A DNA stretch of 63,928 nt, the filler included, from Intoshia linei (taxonomy: Eukaryota; Animalia; Orthonectida): the NCBI GenBank assembly GCA_001642005.1. It is 6 parts of 6 records of this genome, joined end to end, with 100 filler letters (N's around TTAATTAATTAA, not from the genome) between each part and the next. Parts side by side here need not be neighbours in the genome. Positions count along the whole stretch, not along the records: positions 37,227 to 56,861 come from LWCA01000726.1; 5 more parts are not named here. One strand, written 5' to 3'. A program made the position numbers and the translations under genes. Positions 37,864 through 51,503 of this stretch are shown in pieces (positions within the stretch are counted from its first letter, which is position 1; the number at the start of each line of letters is the position of its first letter). The notes beneath the pieces were generated by a model. The model ran no database searches, had not been told where the DNA came from, and saw only the letters and a program-made list of their open reading frames with translations.

Positions 37864-38260
37864 TCCTTTAATGTGTGTGTTACTGTATATTTAAAAAACA
37901 CAATTTCTAATACAGTGTTTCCCAGGACGTGTTTATATTTATTTTTCAGTTTCCGATTTTGAGTCCTTCAGGGCAAAAACCCCATTTGCCTTTTTGTTTA
38001 AAAATAAAATCAGCCCACATATTTAATAAATCAAATTCTGAATGCGTTTTAAAATCATTAAGATTATCGTAAATCTCATCCTTAGAAACGGACACCATGA
38101 TCAAAATTACAAATTACCCCTATCTTTAAAAATTGAAAAATGTTCTAAAATTTTATAAAATATAAATTCTGGTAGTTATAAAATAGTTTTTAAAATTATA
38201 ATCATTATAATAAATGGCTATTTCAAAAAAATGCATTTCACGACCAAAACGCTAGATTAC
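37864..38260 (+). repeat. Diverged copy of the Helitron-like family
   Basis: Starts A^TCCTTTAATGTGTGTG; similar to the reverse of 28680-29150. Confidence 0.65.
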
Positions 38261-39527
38261 TATTATTGAAATGTAATGATTTTCTAACGCCTCAGAATAT
38301 ATAGGTTGTTTTTTTTATTTTAGAGTTGGTTTTATTTTTAAAATAAGGTGAAATTGGATTTTTTACCGTGAATGATTCAATTTTGGGAAATCAAATTTGC
38401 GATGCTGCATCACTCTTAAAAAATGTATGAACTAATTGCCCGTAGATTCATTAATCTACCTAAATTTTCAATATTTTCTCAACTGCGGCCAGGTGGTCAC
38501 CACAATGTAATTTAAATTAAATTTAACTCCAAATTAAAAAATTGATTCATAAAAATAATTTGAGTAACAAATGTAATGTAAACAAATGTAAAAAAAATTT
38601 AGTGTTTTCTTAAATTTAAAAATCGTCTTCCTGAAATATAAATTGTCACATTGTTAAAATTGGGTTAGTAAATTAATACTATTTTTTTTATTAACAAAAC
38701 AATTATGTGACGTTCAAAATGTATCAAAATTTACCCACTTCTGCAATATTTTTGTCGTTAAATTTGAATTTTGAAAATTTTCGAGTTATACATTCTTAAT
38801 AACTTTCTATCCTATAGCATAAACCATTTTAAGTCACCGGGAAATGTATATCGATTAAAAAATGCTAAAAAGTTTCAATAATATAAAAATTGATTTTTGA
38901 AATTGAATTATGATGCTATACTGTATTATCAATAATGTACAAAACGGATGTTTAATAGATGTACAACTGACATGTTAATTGAAAAAATAAATCGATATTT
39001 ACAAAAACTGCGACAAAAATCATTATATATACCAAGAACTAAGAGACATTGTAAAATTCAGAGATGATCACTAATCAAATTAATATTATTCAATTGATAA
39101 AATTGATTTTTTTTAAAAACGTCAGTGTCCTTTGTACATTGATAATTGATATTTGTTCAATTGCATTATAAATAATGGAAAAATTAATTATCAGCAAGAA
39201 TGTTGCTTCCTTTATGACTACTACCGGGAGCTATCTTGATCAAATTTAAACCAAAATTATTTTATACAGTATAAATACAGCACATTAGTTTTTATACAAT
39301 TTGATATAATTTAATAGTAAATCATATTTTTAATTTATTTATTCAAAACAATAGTTGGAAAAGTTAAATATACCACAGTTTGTACAATTAATCACTATCT
39401 ATGAATTTACTACCGATAGTATAAACGGAATGTATGCTTTGTTATCATAATTGGAGTCACCGACATTGCCACAGATCAATCTACAAAATCATTAACATTA
39501 CCAATAAACTGTAAATATAAGCAGGTC

Positions 39528-42500
39528 ATGTTTAAATCTTTATTTTTGGAAACGTTTACATTTTTACTTGTTATTTTGGTCATGTTATCATCTATTCAAG
39601 GTTAATTTGTCAAAATTATTCCAAAATTGTATATTTAGAAGAAATTTGTCAATTTGAAAGCAAATCAATTTTGTGTAATAATTCTCAGGTCGTTTTAATG
39701 GAGAAGGCTGAATTTGGTCGAATGAAGACAGGTAGGTGTATAGATGGTCAGTATGGATATATTGGATGTCAAGCTGATGTGATTAATCATTTACATTTTT
39801 GTAATGGGTTGACTCATTGTCTTGTTCGTGCTTCGTTAATTGGCGAAAAAATTCAACCCTGTAAACGTGATTTTTCCTCCTTTTTGATTATTGAATATCA
39901 ATGTGTTACATGTAATTAATATATTATTAATAATCATTATAATTTATTATTGATACATTTTTTCTGAAATAAGTTGGATTTTGTTTTTGAAAACAAAATG
40001 TTAAGTATCTTTTTGTATGAAAAAATATTTGACCATTTTTATTTAAATTTTTTGATGGATCAGAGGTCCTAAAATTTTTTTAAAGTGGAACGTATGGAAT
40101 CCCATTTTATAGGAAAGTTTTTTTAATACAATAATAGACTTAACTCAATGGTTCCAGGTTATGTGTCCAAATTTTGGACTCCAAAACTATATGCTGGAGG
40201 TCCGTGAGATTCAAATAAAATATAAAAAAATTTTATCAACTTTTGTTTATTTTTATACATGTAAAAGAATTTTTAATATTTATTACAGAGTTGCCAAATT
40301 TTGGGAATTTATCCCAAAGCTTAGACGACCGCAACATTATTATTTAAAAAATCACACTTTTATCCACTATTAATAAAATTTTATAAAAAATATCATTTTA
40401 AACCCTCATAGAAAAATCCACTTAATCAAACCACAAAATGAAAAATCCAATTTTACCAACCCTCAATCCAAATATTTTTTTGAAAAACACGATTTTAACA
40501 ACCCCTAAAGGAAATACCCTCCTTATACAATATTTTTTTGAAAAATCCAATTCTATTAACCCTTAAGGAAAATATCCCATTTTTCCTATATTGTTTTGAA
40601 AAACACGATTTTACCAACCCTTAAGGGAGGTATCCTCCTTTACCAATATTTTTTTGAGAAATCCGATTTTACCAAATCTTATGAGCTTCATCTTCTTAAT
40701 CTAAAACCCAAAATAAAAAATCTAATTTTACCAACTGTTAAAGGAAAAATCCCCCTTTTCCAATATTTTTTTAAAAAATACGATTTTACCAATTCTTAAG
40801 AAAGGTATCTTCATTTACCAATATTTTTTTGAAAAATCCGATTTTACCAAATCTTATGAGCTCCATCTTTTTAATCTAAAACCCAAAATAAAAAATCTAA
40901 TTTTACCAACCCTTAATGGAAATGTCACGATTTTCCAATATATTTTTGAAATAGATAATTTTACCAAATTTTATGAAAAAACTTGAATTGTTTCATAAAT
41001 GTTTATATTTCATGTTTTTTTTTGGGGTCCAAAAAAATATATTTTGAAATGGGGTCAGTAAACTATTTGAATCAAGTACCACTGACCTATCTGGTGTAAA
41101 TTTTTGAGAGATCTCGGGCTGGTAGGTTCGGCTCTGGTCAACAGCTTTCATCTTTAGAATTAAAAAAATTGTCGGGAAACCGCGATGTATTTATTATTTA
41201 CTGTTATTTGAATTTTAACTTTGATATAAAAGTAATAGTATTAAAAACAAACGCATGCACTCATAAAGAAAAAATACGAAAGAAATACATAAATTTTCAA
41301 CAACAATTGGAAAACCAACAAGTGTACAATGAAACTAAATACATAAATTCAAATTCAAAACATTCCATAATAGGAACAAAGGAATGTCCATATCAAATAT
41401 TTATAAATACCGGCCAAACCTTACATATCGAAATTGTAAATGCTATCCCAACTGAATGGTATATAACAAAAGATTTATTTGAAAAAAATGGAGTTATCGA
41501 CACTCATGTAAGGTAATACAGATTTATAAAATGATAAATGTATATTAAAAAATTACCAACGCCCTCTTTAGAAAATCTATAAATCTATGCAATTTAAAGA
41601 TAATAATAATTGAAATAAATTCAGAAAGATCAACAATATTGTGTATCGGTAAATTGTGGCAAATTGGACAAAAATATTTATCAAAAAATGAAATGTACAA
41701 TAAGATGGAACCGGATTTATTAAAAAATACATTGTACTATTCCAAAGACCAATCTGTCCACGTTTATTTTGAATATGATTCTGATGTAGATGCAAAATTT
41801 TTATCAATCGTCATGTTGAGAATAATTTGTAAATTATTATATAAACAAGACTTATTGTAATAATACTTTGTAGTATATGGATGTAAAACCCTTGAATCCG
41901 TGAATGGTGACATTTTCTCTAGATTTGAAGATAGTGCAATTTTGGCGTGTTCAAATGATTCAACCAAAATGGTTCTTTTTTGCAATAAACACACGGGAAT
42001 ATGGGAAAAGAAAAAAAAGTATAAAAATTGTTCACAAAGTAGATATAGATGAATCGAATTTTAACTAAATTTAGACAGTTCAGTAGATGCTGGTCACTCC
42101 AAATACATTGTATTAACGAAAGGTTACTGTTAATTGTTTGTATATAAATAATAGTTTAATAGGTTTTTTTATTGCAATCATAGTTGGTACAATTGTGGGA
42201 ATATGCATTGCAATGCTCGTTTTGTTTAGGATAATTTATAAAAATAAATCAAAGTACATTATTTATATCATTTTAGGTTTATTTTTTTCACTATATTTTA
42301 GAAAAAAATCTACAAAAATTTTTCAAGTTAAAACTGAAATGAATGAAAAAATATCATTAATTGACTCGGATCAAGACCTTTCCAAGCAAAATGAATTTAA
42401 TGTTTACGAGTCTGATTATGATAAAAGTAACAAAGGGTTTTTAAATTTTATTTTTTGGAATTTAGGAAAATATAGACAAAATTGTGGAGCGTCAAATTTT

Positions 42501-42551
42501 AAAATAGAAAGTGAAGATTATATTTGTACATGTGATTGCAAAAATATTTAA
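39528..42551 (+). CDS. Single-pass membrane protein with SUEL-type lectin, CUB-like and sushi-like domains
   Basis: Signal exon 39528-39600. SUEL exon 39639-39911 (EICQFE..C..VVLMEKAEFGRMKTGRC..GCQADV..CNG..PC..IEYQC). Further exons from 41233, 41572 and 41874 (GC..AILAC..LFC..GIW..C). TM FFIAIIVGTIVGICIAMLVLF. The 3' exon limits are approximate. Confidence 0.78.
40430..40975. repeat. Degenerate tandem repeat built on AAAATCCGATTTTACCAA units, with a higher-order direct repeat of about 175-bp period
   Basis: About 40620-40735 recurs at about 40795-40910. Related arrays lie at about 27050-27280, 45590-45730 (inverted) and 56580-56710. Confidence 0.8.
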
Positions 42552-42704
42552 ATATACATTATTTTACACATTACATAATCAAAATTTTATACATACAATT
42601 TAATTATATTTACAAAATTTATAATTTATTCAATTTTATTTTCAATATTTGCGTGTTTAAGTACATTGTTTATTGATCTAAAATTAAAAAAATAAATTAA
42701 ATTA

Positions 42705-43100
42705 TCCTTACTTATATAATATGCTACGCTATTTTTGTTTGTGTGTTGAACTCTATTTAAATAACTACCCATCCTAAAATTTTATAAAGTCCACATTTCA
42801 ATTACAGTTTTTTCCGGAAATGTTCGCAAACTAAATTTCAACCTCCCAAACTCACATCTTACGGGTCCCCAATCAAAAACCCCAATTGTCCTTTTTTTAA
42901 AAATCAAACAAGTTGAAGAATTTAAAAAAAAAATTTCTGAAATATTTCATTAAAACAAAAAATAATTATGATAAAATGTGAAATAATTAACGGTCCAAAA
43001 ATTAAAAAAAAATTATTCTGATAGATCTTATTCCAGTTGATATAAATACAAAAGTTCAACCCAAGAAATCTACGCACTCCCGATGAAAAATAATTTTTAG
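42705..43100 (+). repeat. Copy of the Helitron-like family
   Basis: Starts A^TCCTTACTTATATAATATGCTACGC. Confidence 0.8.
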
Positions 43101-43683
43101 TTGTTTTTTGATCTTGTGATTTTCAATTGTATTTATGCTTATTTTTAAAAAAATTGTTAGGGGTTCAAGACTTTTGACAGATGATATATTTAAATAATAT
43201 CTTTATAATTTAAATAGATAAATGTTGAAAGTAACCGTGAAAATGGTAATATATTTTTCAATATAATATTTATTTGTTAACATAATGGTTTTTAAATTTC
43301 TAAAAACTATTTACTAGTTTTTGTGCTATCCAACAAAATCTATTATTCTTTTGGGGTCCAAGACTTTTGACCGAAATGTATATGCAATAGTAGCCAAATT
43401 TGATAGTAAGTTTTTTGAAAAGTTTATAATTTGCATAAATAAAAAAAATCAGACCTAATCTAAAAAATCTTCTTCGATAAATATTATTTAATTGTTTAAA
43501 GATGGAAATCAGTGGTTGGAAACCAAACGTCTATACCTGTATACTAGAGTTCTGCAGCACAGTACAAAACAAGAACTTTAAATTTTCACCAATAATAGCA
43601 TTTAAATTAAATTTCACTGAATTTAATGACAACAGAAAATTCGAAGTGTATCGAATCGTGCTTTGGTGGGCGTTGCAAAAACT

Positions 43684-45127
43684 TTACGGTATACAATCTG
43701 AAAAAAATCTGGCTTCAGCATCAATAATAAAATATTTAGAGGTACTCTAGAATGGCGGGCCAACATTGATATAATAAATACATTTTTATCAAATTCATGT
43801 TTTCTTCAATTTTGGAATTATCGATATTATTAAATACAGGTTTATCTTTAAAATATTCTGTAAAATTGTGATGGGATTCATAAAGTTTCTAAAAATTAAA
43901 GAAATTCAAATAACACAATTACCAATTTTATCAAAGTCAAAATGTACCTGAAATTCAGTTAAATATATATTTATAGTGTCCAAATCAATAAATGTCTTTT
44001 GATAAAATGAATATTTCTACAATTTTTAGTAAGATTAGTACATCTGTAAAATAAAGCGGGTAATGGTCATGATTCATGAATCGCTACAACCCAACATTAT
44101 AGTTCCCGTCCCTTAAAATAATATGAAATAAATAATTTTTTTTTATTTTTTTGGGATACTCGACGAAGTTTTTGTAACATAAAGGCGTTGTTTTTTCAAA
44201 TTGAGCATTTAAAAATTATATCCTAGAAAAATCATAACTATTTTGTGTATTAAATTAAAAAAATGTCAAGTCAAGATCCTTACCAGGTGTCTAGAGGTTA
44301 TATGACAGTATGCATTGTTTGCGAAAAATTATTATAGATGCCTATTTTTCATTTCGGGATGTCTCGAGTTTGGTAGCGGCCTTGTTCGGCTCTGAGTGTA
44401 TTAATAAAAGATAATGGAAAAAAATTACCTTATCACAAAGCAATTCAAATCTTTGATCATAATACAATTTGCAATAAATAAAACAAGGATCATATAGTCT
44501 GTGTAAACGATTCAAGCAAAAAAAATCGTATAATATCTTAAATCTTTCAGGTGTTATAGGAATCTAAATAAAATGTATTATTTCTTAATACCAGCGAGAT
44601 AAATATGCTCAGATCTTATGTATTATGTAGTACGCATTAAAATCGTGTATAAGTTAACATTTTCATATTGCCGATATTCATCATACACATAGCTGATTCA
44701 GAATGGATTGAAACTCAAAACAAATACTAAGTTAATAGAAACATGAATTTACATTTACAAATTACAATGATTTAAAAACTACCTTTAATCTAATTTTATC
44801 TTGATTGAATTTTATAGTAGCAAAAGCCAAATAGATTCCAAAAATATTTTGAACTAATTTTTTAGCTTCCAAATATGGTAAAATGAGTAACATTACTAAA
44901 CGACAAAACTAAAAATAATTAACAAAAGATTTTCAAAAGTATACATTGTTGAGTTCAATATGAGATGTCATTTTAAAAATCTTGAAAAATTTCATTTCTT
45001 TCCATAATTCAATGAACGAATCCCATTTTAAATTATTACTATTTTCGAAACTTTTAAAGAAAGTTAAAATATCGCTGGTAAGATAATTTGTCCATATTTG
45101 TAATGTCTCTTTTTGCTGGTTGTACAT
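43684..45127 (-). CDS. SNAPC1: snRNA-activating protein complex subunit 1 (SNAP43)
   Basis: Exons 45127-44945, 44908-44783, 44563-44429 give SDILTFFKSFENSNNLKWDSFIELWKEMKFFKIF..GIYLAFA..KIPIT..YDPCFIYCKLYYDQRF, collinear with the SNAP43 N-terminal domain (TDCEALLSRF..FTELWRNMKFGTIF..ALYLLY..KIRV..DAAYIFRKL..F). Downstream exons (about 44043-43684) are only partly resolved. Confidence 0.75.
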
Positions 45128-45270
45128 TTCCAATTACACTTTTAATCAATTCATCAAAATGAGTTACAATGTAGAAATTTTTGAAAATTAATTTGTTTAA
45201 TTTAAAGATAATTTTTTTAATTGTCATGGTTAATTTTATTTTATGGTTATTTTTGATATCGATGAATTGA

Positions 45271-46291
45271 ATGATATTTACAACTGATGAAGATTTTTGT
45301 GGAAAGTGTGGCAGTGTTTTGCCACAAATTGATGAAAATAGCATTAAGGTGAAATGTTACTGCTGTCCCAATATCGTCGATTATTCAAGTAATGTTTATT
45401 ATTTATGGGTATCGAAGCCGAACCTACATGTTTATCGAAAATGAAAAATGGTTCTTAAGAAATTTTTTGCAAAATAAGCGTAGCGTTATATTGTCTCTAG
45501 CCACCTATCCAAAGCAAAATATTCATTTTCTTTGGAACGCAAAGGAAACATGAAATGTATAACGTTTATGAAAAAATTTAAGGTTTTTTCTCATAAGATA
45601 TGGTAAAATCGTATTTTTCAAAAAAAAGTTTGAAAAGGCATTTTCCCCTTAATTTAGGTTGGTAAAATTTGATTTTTTATTTTGTGTTTTGGATTAAAAA
45701 GTTTTTACTCATAAAATTTGACAAAATCGGATCGTTAAAAATAAAAATATTAGGATGGAATGTGATGACTTTGACGATAAGATGTAAAAATGGAGCCATA
45801 TTTTTCAAATTATATTCTTGAATATTATTCCTAATTTGTGTGCAAATTTAAAATTTCATTTTAAAAGTCAAGACCCTTGAGAGGCGGTTAGGCTTATATA
45901 ACGAAATTTTTCGAGTGGCTTTGGTTCTGGTGGAGGATTCACTGTATATGCTTATTTTATGTTATTTAAATAATGGTTTTAATTAGACTGTGGTAGTACC
46001 GAAATTTGTTCTTCAATTTCATTCCCAAAAAATCGAATAATCGACGATGAAGTTGATGCAAAAGGACCTGTGGTAATTTTACCTACGTTAATAGCTATAT
46101 ATATTTTCATATTTTAGGCTGACCATGAATGTGCCAATTGTGGGAATAGTCAAATGTTGTATACTACCAAGCAAACTCGATCCGCTGATGAAGGACAGAC
46201 TATATTTTACAAATGTCCAAATTGTGGGTTAGTCTTTTAGTATACTGATTATAATTATTAATTTAGACATATGGAAAGTGAATTTTCATGA
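45271..46291 (+). CDS. POLR1H: RNA polymerase I subunit RPA12 (ZNRD1)
   Basis: Exons 45271-45388, 45987-46072, 46118-46227, 46267-46291 give [53 protein letters not shown]. Absent from the ORF track. Confidence 0.93.
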
Positions 46292-46345
46292 TTTTAAACA
46301 AATTTATTTGGTAAATATACATTTGTAAATAAAATTTGGTATTCA

Positions 46346-49300
46346 TTATTTAATTTTAATTGAAAATTTTGGAATCTTTTTGTCAACCAAAAACTTTTCA
46401 TTTTCAATGATTTCACGTGTATTGTCATTTAATGGTGCGAGAGTAAGGTTTTCTGGGTTAAATTTAATTGGAAAATCACCTAAAACACCATCGAATCGAT
46501 TTTTTACTATTTGTATTTTCTTTTCGGCATTTTGATACCCGTGGTTTTTTGTCTGCAGAATAATAATATTGTCAGCTTCCTGAGTAGATTTTGCAGAACC
46601 AAATATAGACGAAATTGTTAGATCGTCTATAGATGATTCTTTTCTAGGGTGTATTACAAGAGTGACATGACAATTATATTTGGTTGCAAATTCTCGCATC
46701 AAAAAAATTACTCGGTCTTGGACCATGAACCGATCAGTGTGTGATTTGAGAAAACTCATTCCCATCATGAATTGTAAATTGTCTATAATTATATGATGAA
46801 TATCATGAGTGTAAACACATTTGGTCAAAATTTTCATTATATCATCGATATGTTGATCACCTCGGTTTTTTATATACCAAATTGGTAGCTTTGAAAAATG
46901 TTGTGAAATGTAATCAAATTTGTTTATATTTTCAGTTACGTCCATAAATGAAAATTGAGATAATTGTGCTTTTATCAATGCTTTGTTGGAAATTTCAAAG
47001 CTACCCCACAGCGTTCTTACTCCGTTTTCAGCCAAGTCTAATGAATATTCAGACAAAAAGGTGGTTTTTCCTGAACCAGTTCTGCCCGTTAAAATTGTTA
47101 ATTCTCCTTGACGATGACCTTTTAAAATCAAATTGAGATCGGTGTAACGTTTCCATTTTACTCCTGCAGCAGTTTCTGAGTTTACTAATATGTCATAAAT
47201 ATCAGCTTTAAGTTGATCATATGACAAAATTTCATTTTTTGAAAATATTTTGCATTCAGTAAGGATTTTGTGGTGAAAATGACGGATGGAGTGGTTTTGT
47301 ATAGTGTTTTTCGATGGAATTTGCATTTTTTTCTTGTCGGATTCAGTTTCAGTTTCATCGGGCGGTTTGGATTCGTTCGGTAAGTCTTGTCTAAAATAAA
47401 TTATTATATTCATAAATGTATACCAAAATCCTCAAAAATTGTAAAATTTCCCCTAAAAAAGTGTCCTAGTATTTTAGAAACTAGATGTTTACTCAAAATC
47501 ACAAATAATAAGGAGACTAACAACATTCAGTTGAGCGCAGTAATCATCAATTTTGCTGATTAATCACATTATTGATTTTTCTACTAAATTTTTGTGGGTT
47601 TCTTTAAAAAAAATTTTTTTCCTCTTGTATTTAGAGATTTTGAAGTTGTTTTTGCTCCCAAAATTTGGTAGTGTTTTGTAAGAAAAATTTTTAAAGATTT
47701 TGAAGATAATAAGTGCAAAAAATTGTAAGGGTTTTTAAGACAACATATTGTTTCTATCATTTTTAAATGTTTTAAAGATAATTTTTGGAATAAAATTTTG
47801 ATGTATTTTAAGGGGATATTTTAATTTTCACCTACGTATCTAAGGGAATGTTTTATAAATTTTAATTTGGAAATTTTGGAAATAACTGAATCAATAGAAA
47901 GTTAAAAATCAATGTTATACTTATAAAACTGGACAATATTTTTTGATATGAAAACCAGAACTGCGAAAACTCAACAGTCGGCCCAAACCAAATGAAAATG
48001 GTGGGCGTAAAATATAAAACAAAAATAAAGAAATTTTTGGTTACTCTATCCATTGTTCATCGCGCGAATTTCAAATTTTTCTTTTTATCGTTACCCTACT
48101 GAAAAAAAACATACGATAATTTTTTCTATCATTTAGTAATGAAGAATAGGACCAACCTTCATACGGATTTAGCCTCCCTCTCCACTACCTTAAAAAATAA
48201 CTCACCTAGGGCATAGTCAAAACAGAACCTAACATACCCGAGACTTCGTTCGGGAAGCCTCGACAAAATCTTTGCAAAATGGGTCCGTCGCTTTTACATA
48301 TCAAGACAATTTTGTGTGTCAAATTAAACTGTCAAGTTCAACTCAAGAAAAGGGGAGAGGGACTATATTGCATTACGTACAATTTGCGAAAAAAATTTAT
48401 TTTCCTTTAATTTTAGCCATTTTTTATTTTCGGATCTTGGTATATGCATATTTGATTTGTATTATGATTATTGTATTGGTTACGTTAATTTAAAAATTTT
48501 TGTTCTTATAACGAAAATAAATTTAATTAAAATTCCGTTAATTTTTGGGTCGCACCATTAGTTGTGATGAAAAGTTGATGACGAATCAGTATTAGTTGGA
48601 AACTACTGATTTAGAGTATTTAATAAAATGAAACTACACGTACCACCTAAGGTTGGCCAATATATGGGATAGAAGGCTTAATAGAAAAAAAAAATATGCA
48701 TCAAAAAATCAACTCATTGATCATAACTAATTTGTTCAAACCAAGACTTTTCCGTCAAGTAATCATTGAAAAATGACTTATTCAGTGATAATAATAAATT
48801 AAATACCTATAAATAAAACATCTAGATCTGCCCAATAGTGCAACCAATTCGGTAATATTTTTAATCTGACTTTTATCAGTAATCCAAAAAACAACTTTTT
48901 TATAATCCTCAAAAAAAGGAAGATACTAAAATAAAAAATGTACGATATAAAATAAAATAAAATTACCGATAGTTTAAAAAGCTTTGCATCTTCTAAAACA
49001 GTAAATACAGAATATTTACTTTGACTAGAAAATCTAATAGTATCGAAAATGTTTGACGTAAACACAACATGTGTACGAAGTAGGGTGTGACGCCCAAATA
49101 ATCCATAAAATTTCTTTGAATTCTTTTCAAACAAATATCTAGTAACCAATTTTCCATTAGATTCTGAAACTCCATATAAAGATTCAACATAATTATTTTG
49201 TGGATTTGGACTTTTCATGGGTAAAAATATTTCTTTATAATTTTGACTAGCCTATATTTAGTAATTATTTAGACTCGTATTTTAATTTAATTTTAATTTT

Positions 49301-50011
49301 AAAATGTACATTACCCTGATTTCCATATTTTTCATCGCCTTTGAATTGATTTTATCGTAATTGTGACACAAAGTAATGTTAGAAAGCATATCAGATGGCA
49401 TATCTGTAATGGGATCAGTTTTAATTTTGTAAACGTCTTCAAATAATATAGTCTTGGATGATTTTTGAGAATAACATACCTTTTGAGAAATTTTATTAAT
49501 TAGAAAAAGTTCATGCAATTGGTAATGGTCAAAAGTGCGAAAACATTTATAACAATAAACAAACCCCGTATTTTTGTGAATATACAAGTTTTTTCGGTTA
49601 TTCTTGTTTTTAACATTTTTTGGGCAATCTACTTGGATAGACGTTGGACCTTCGTCAATGTTAGCCTTGTAATATCTAAGGGAATTTAGTTATTTTAACA
49701 TAAATGATTTAATGAAATGTGTAAAATTACTTTTCAAGATATACTTTTAAATATTCAAAATTAAATTTATCACTTGTTTCATATCTAATCTTTAGTATAT
49801 TCTTTGGTGTTGAGTCTACCTTTGATTCTATTTTATGTATGGTTGGTTTTAGAAATGAATCAGAATGATAAGCATTTACCAATTTCTTGTTTTCGAAAAA
49901 TGCAGATGTTGCTTTTGTGTTGTATTTATTTACATCGTTGGATTGATAATTTATAAACAAATCTGTGGCTTTGCTAATTCGTAGTATGTTGGATGCACGT
50001 GCAATCAACAT
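46346..50011 (-). CDS. TWNK: Twinkle mitochondrial DNA helicase
   Basis: Exons 50011-49731, 49675-49315, 49251-48967, 48925-48807, 47390-46346. Motifs YIHKNTG..CYKC, GLFG, KVVFW, LKGHRQGELTILTGRTGSGKTTFLSEYSLDL, WGSFEI, IIDNLQFM, HVTLVIHPRK, GSAKSTQEADN, KNRFDG. Confidence 0.94.
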
Positions 50012-50403
50012 TATATCAAGGCTACCAAACTGTTGTTTCCTTAAATTTTTTCCTAAATGTACGCTTTTACAATCGATATTTTTTTAAATATCGTCCAGTA
50101 ATGTCATTTTAATTTTAAAAAAACAAAAATTCACCTGTATTTTTATATATTTTTACAGTTTACTGCAATTTATATGGATTTAAAAGAGTTGAATTCGAGT
50201 TATCACTTGTATTGAAATTTTATCGAAAGGTGTGATTTATACCGTTTATTTATTATTGAAATTGACTGCATTAATTTGCATTAGACATTGCAAATTGCAA
50301 TTTTAATTGATTTAAATTAGAAACCAAGATAACGTTTTATGAAAGTAATTATTAATTTTATATTGTACACAAGAAAATCCCCTGAATTCGTTCAGATTTA
50401 ACT

Positions 50404-50737
50404 ACAGTATACACTCGAAAAGTGACCTTCGTATAGGTGACCACCTCCCAAAAGTGACCACTTTTTAAGACAATATAAATAAATTTCTCTTCGAAAAAGT
50501 TACCAAAAATATAAATTAAAACATGTCAATTTTATTAAAGACCAAATTAATGACGTTATTGACAATAGCAATATAGCAGAAAATGAAGAATTGGAAGATT
50601 TTGAAGAATTAAGAAAGGATGGAATCTATGCAATATTTAATAATCTTAGAAATTCTGCAAAACAACATTGTCCAAAGAATCTAGAAGATGTATTTATTGG
50701 AAAGCAAAATGATACAGTCCTCAGGTGTTTCAAATGA
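50404..50737 (+). mobile_element. Possible pogo/Tigger-like remnant
   Basis: TA-CAGT start with repeated GTGACC subterminal motifs. A short acidic reading ending ..KQNDTVLRCFK* resembles pogo C-termini. Confidence 0.35.
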
Positions 50738-51503
50738 AACCACTGAAATATTTTTGTATAATAAAGACTCATAATATATGATTAGCTTAGAAATTTATCG
50801 TCTTATTTTTAATATATTTTCAAGGTGATGGTCAACGTAATTAATAAATTTAGTGGATTAATCAATCAGCTTCTGTTTCAGTTATTGTTAAAATAATAAA
50901 TGTATGGTATGTAAAATGAATAAGACAATAAACTCCGTTTAATTTGCTGCAGAATGATATTAATATTTTTAATTTTTATCTAAAAAAAACCCCACGCCTT
51001 GACGTTTAAAGTTTTCAGTTTTGTATTAGTTCTCAGTTAGTTCATTGAAAATTTTTATAACCTGTTGTCGTGTTAATAAATTTAAATACAATTGTAAATT
51101 AAAAAATTTTCAATTTATAAAATTTTTAACAATGGCAAATATTGAAATGAATTCATTTTAATGTTTACAAGAAATCTCCGAAATATTTTTATATTTTGTT
51201 GAATCAAATGGCATAATAATAATCATTGAACCTTGTGAAAGATAATTTTCGACATTAAATTAATGATTAATTAGTGTGATCAGAAAAAAAACGTACTATA
51301 AATTTTAGTTTATTTAGAATACATTTTAAGCCGAAAATTTTTATTCGTCGTCATAGATAACTTTAATGTTAGTAAATTAACTATTAAAGTTGAAAATATA
51401 TGTTTAAAAACTATAAAAAAATGTAAACATATTTGTTTGTTAAATTTATACCAATTTTCTATGTAAAAATAGTTAAGAAATATAAATATTATATAGTATA
51501 TAC

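Noticed and set aside
40430-40975. Regularly spaced repeats as a CRISPR-like array, and ORF 40596-40799
   Set aside because: The intervening segments are themselves repeated, the array is intronic in a eukaryote, and no cas genes are present. The ORF is a repeat by-product.
45054-45344. 96-aa minus-strand ORF
   Set aside because: Overlaps RPA12 exon 1 antisense and SNAPC1 in the wrong frame; the SNAP43-like frame starts at 45127.
50068-50080. DRE-like AATCGATA upstream of Twinkle
   Set aside because: Imperfect match, and ATCGAT words are frequent in the window.
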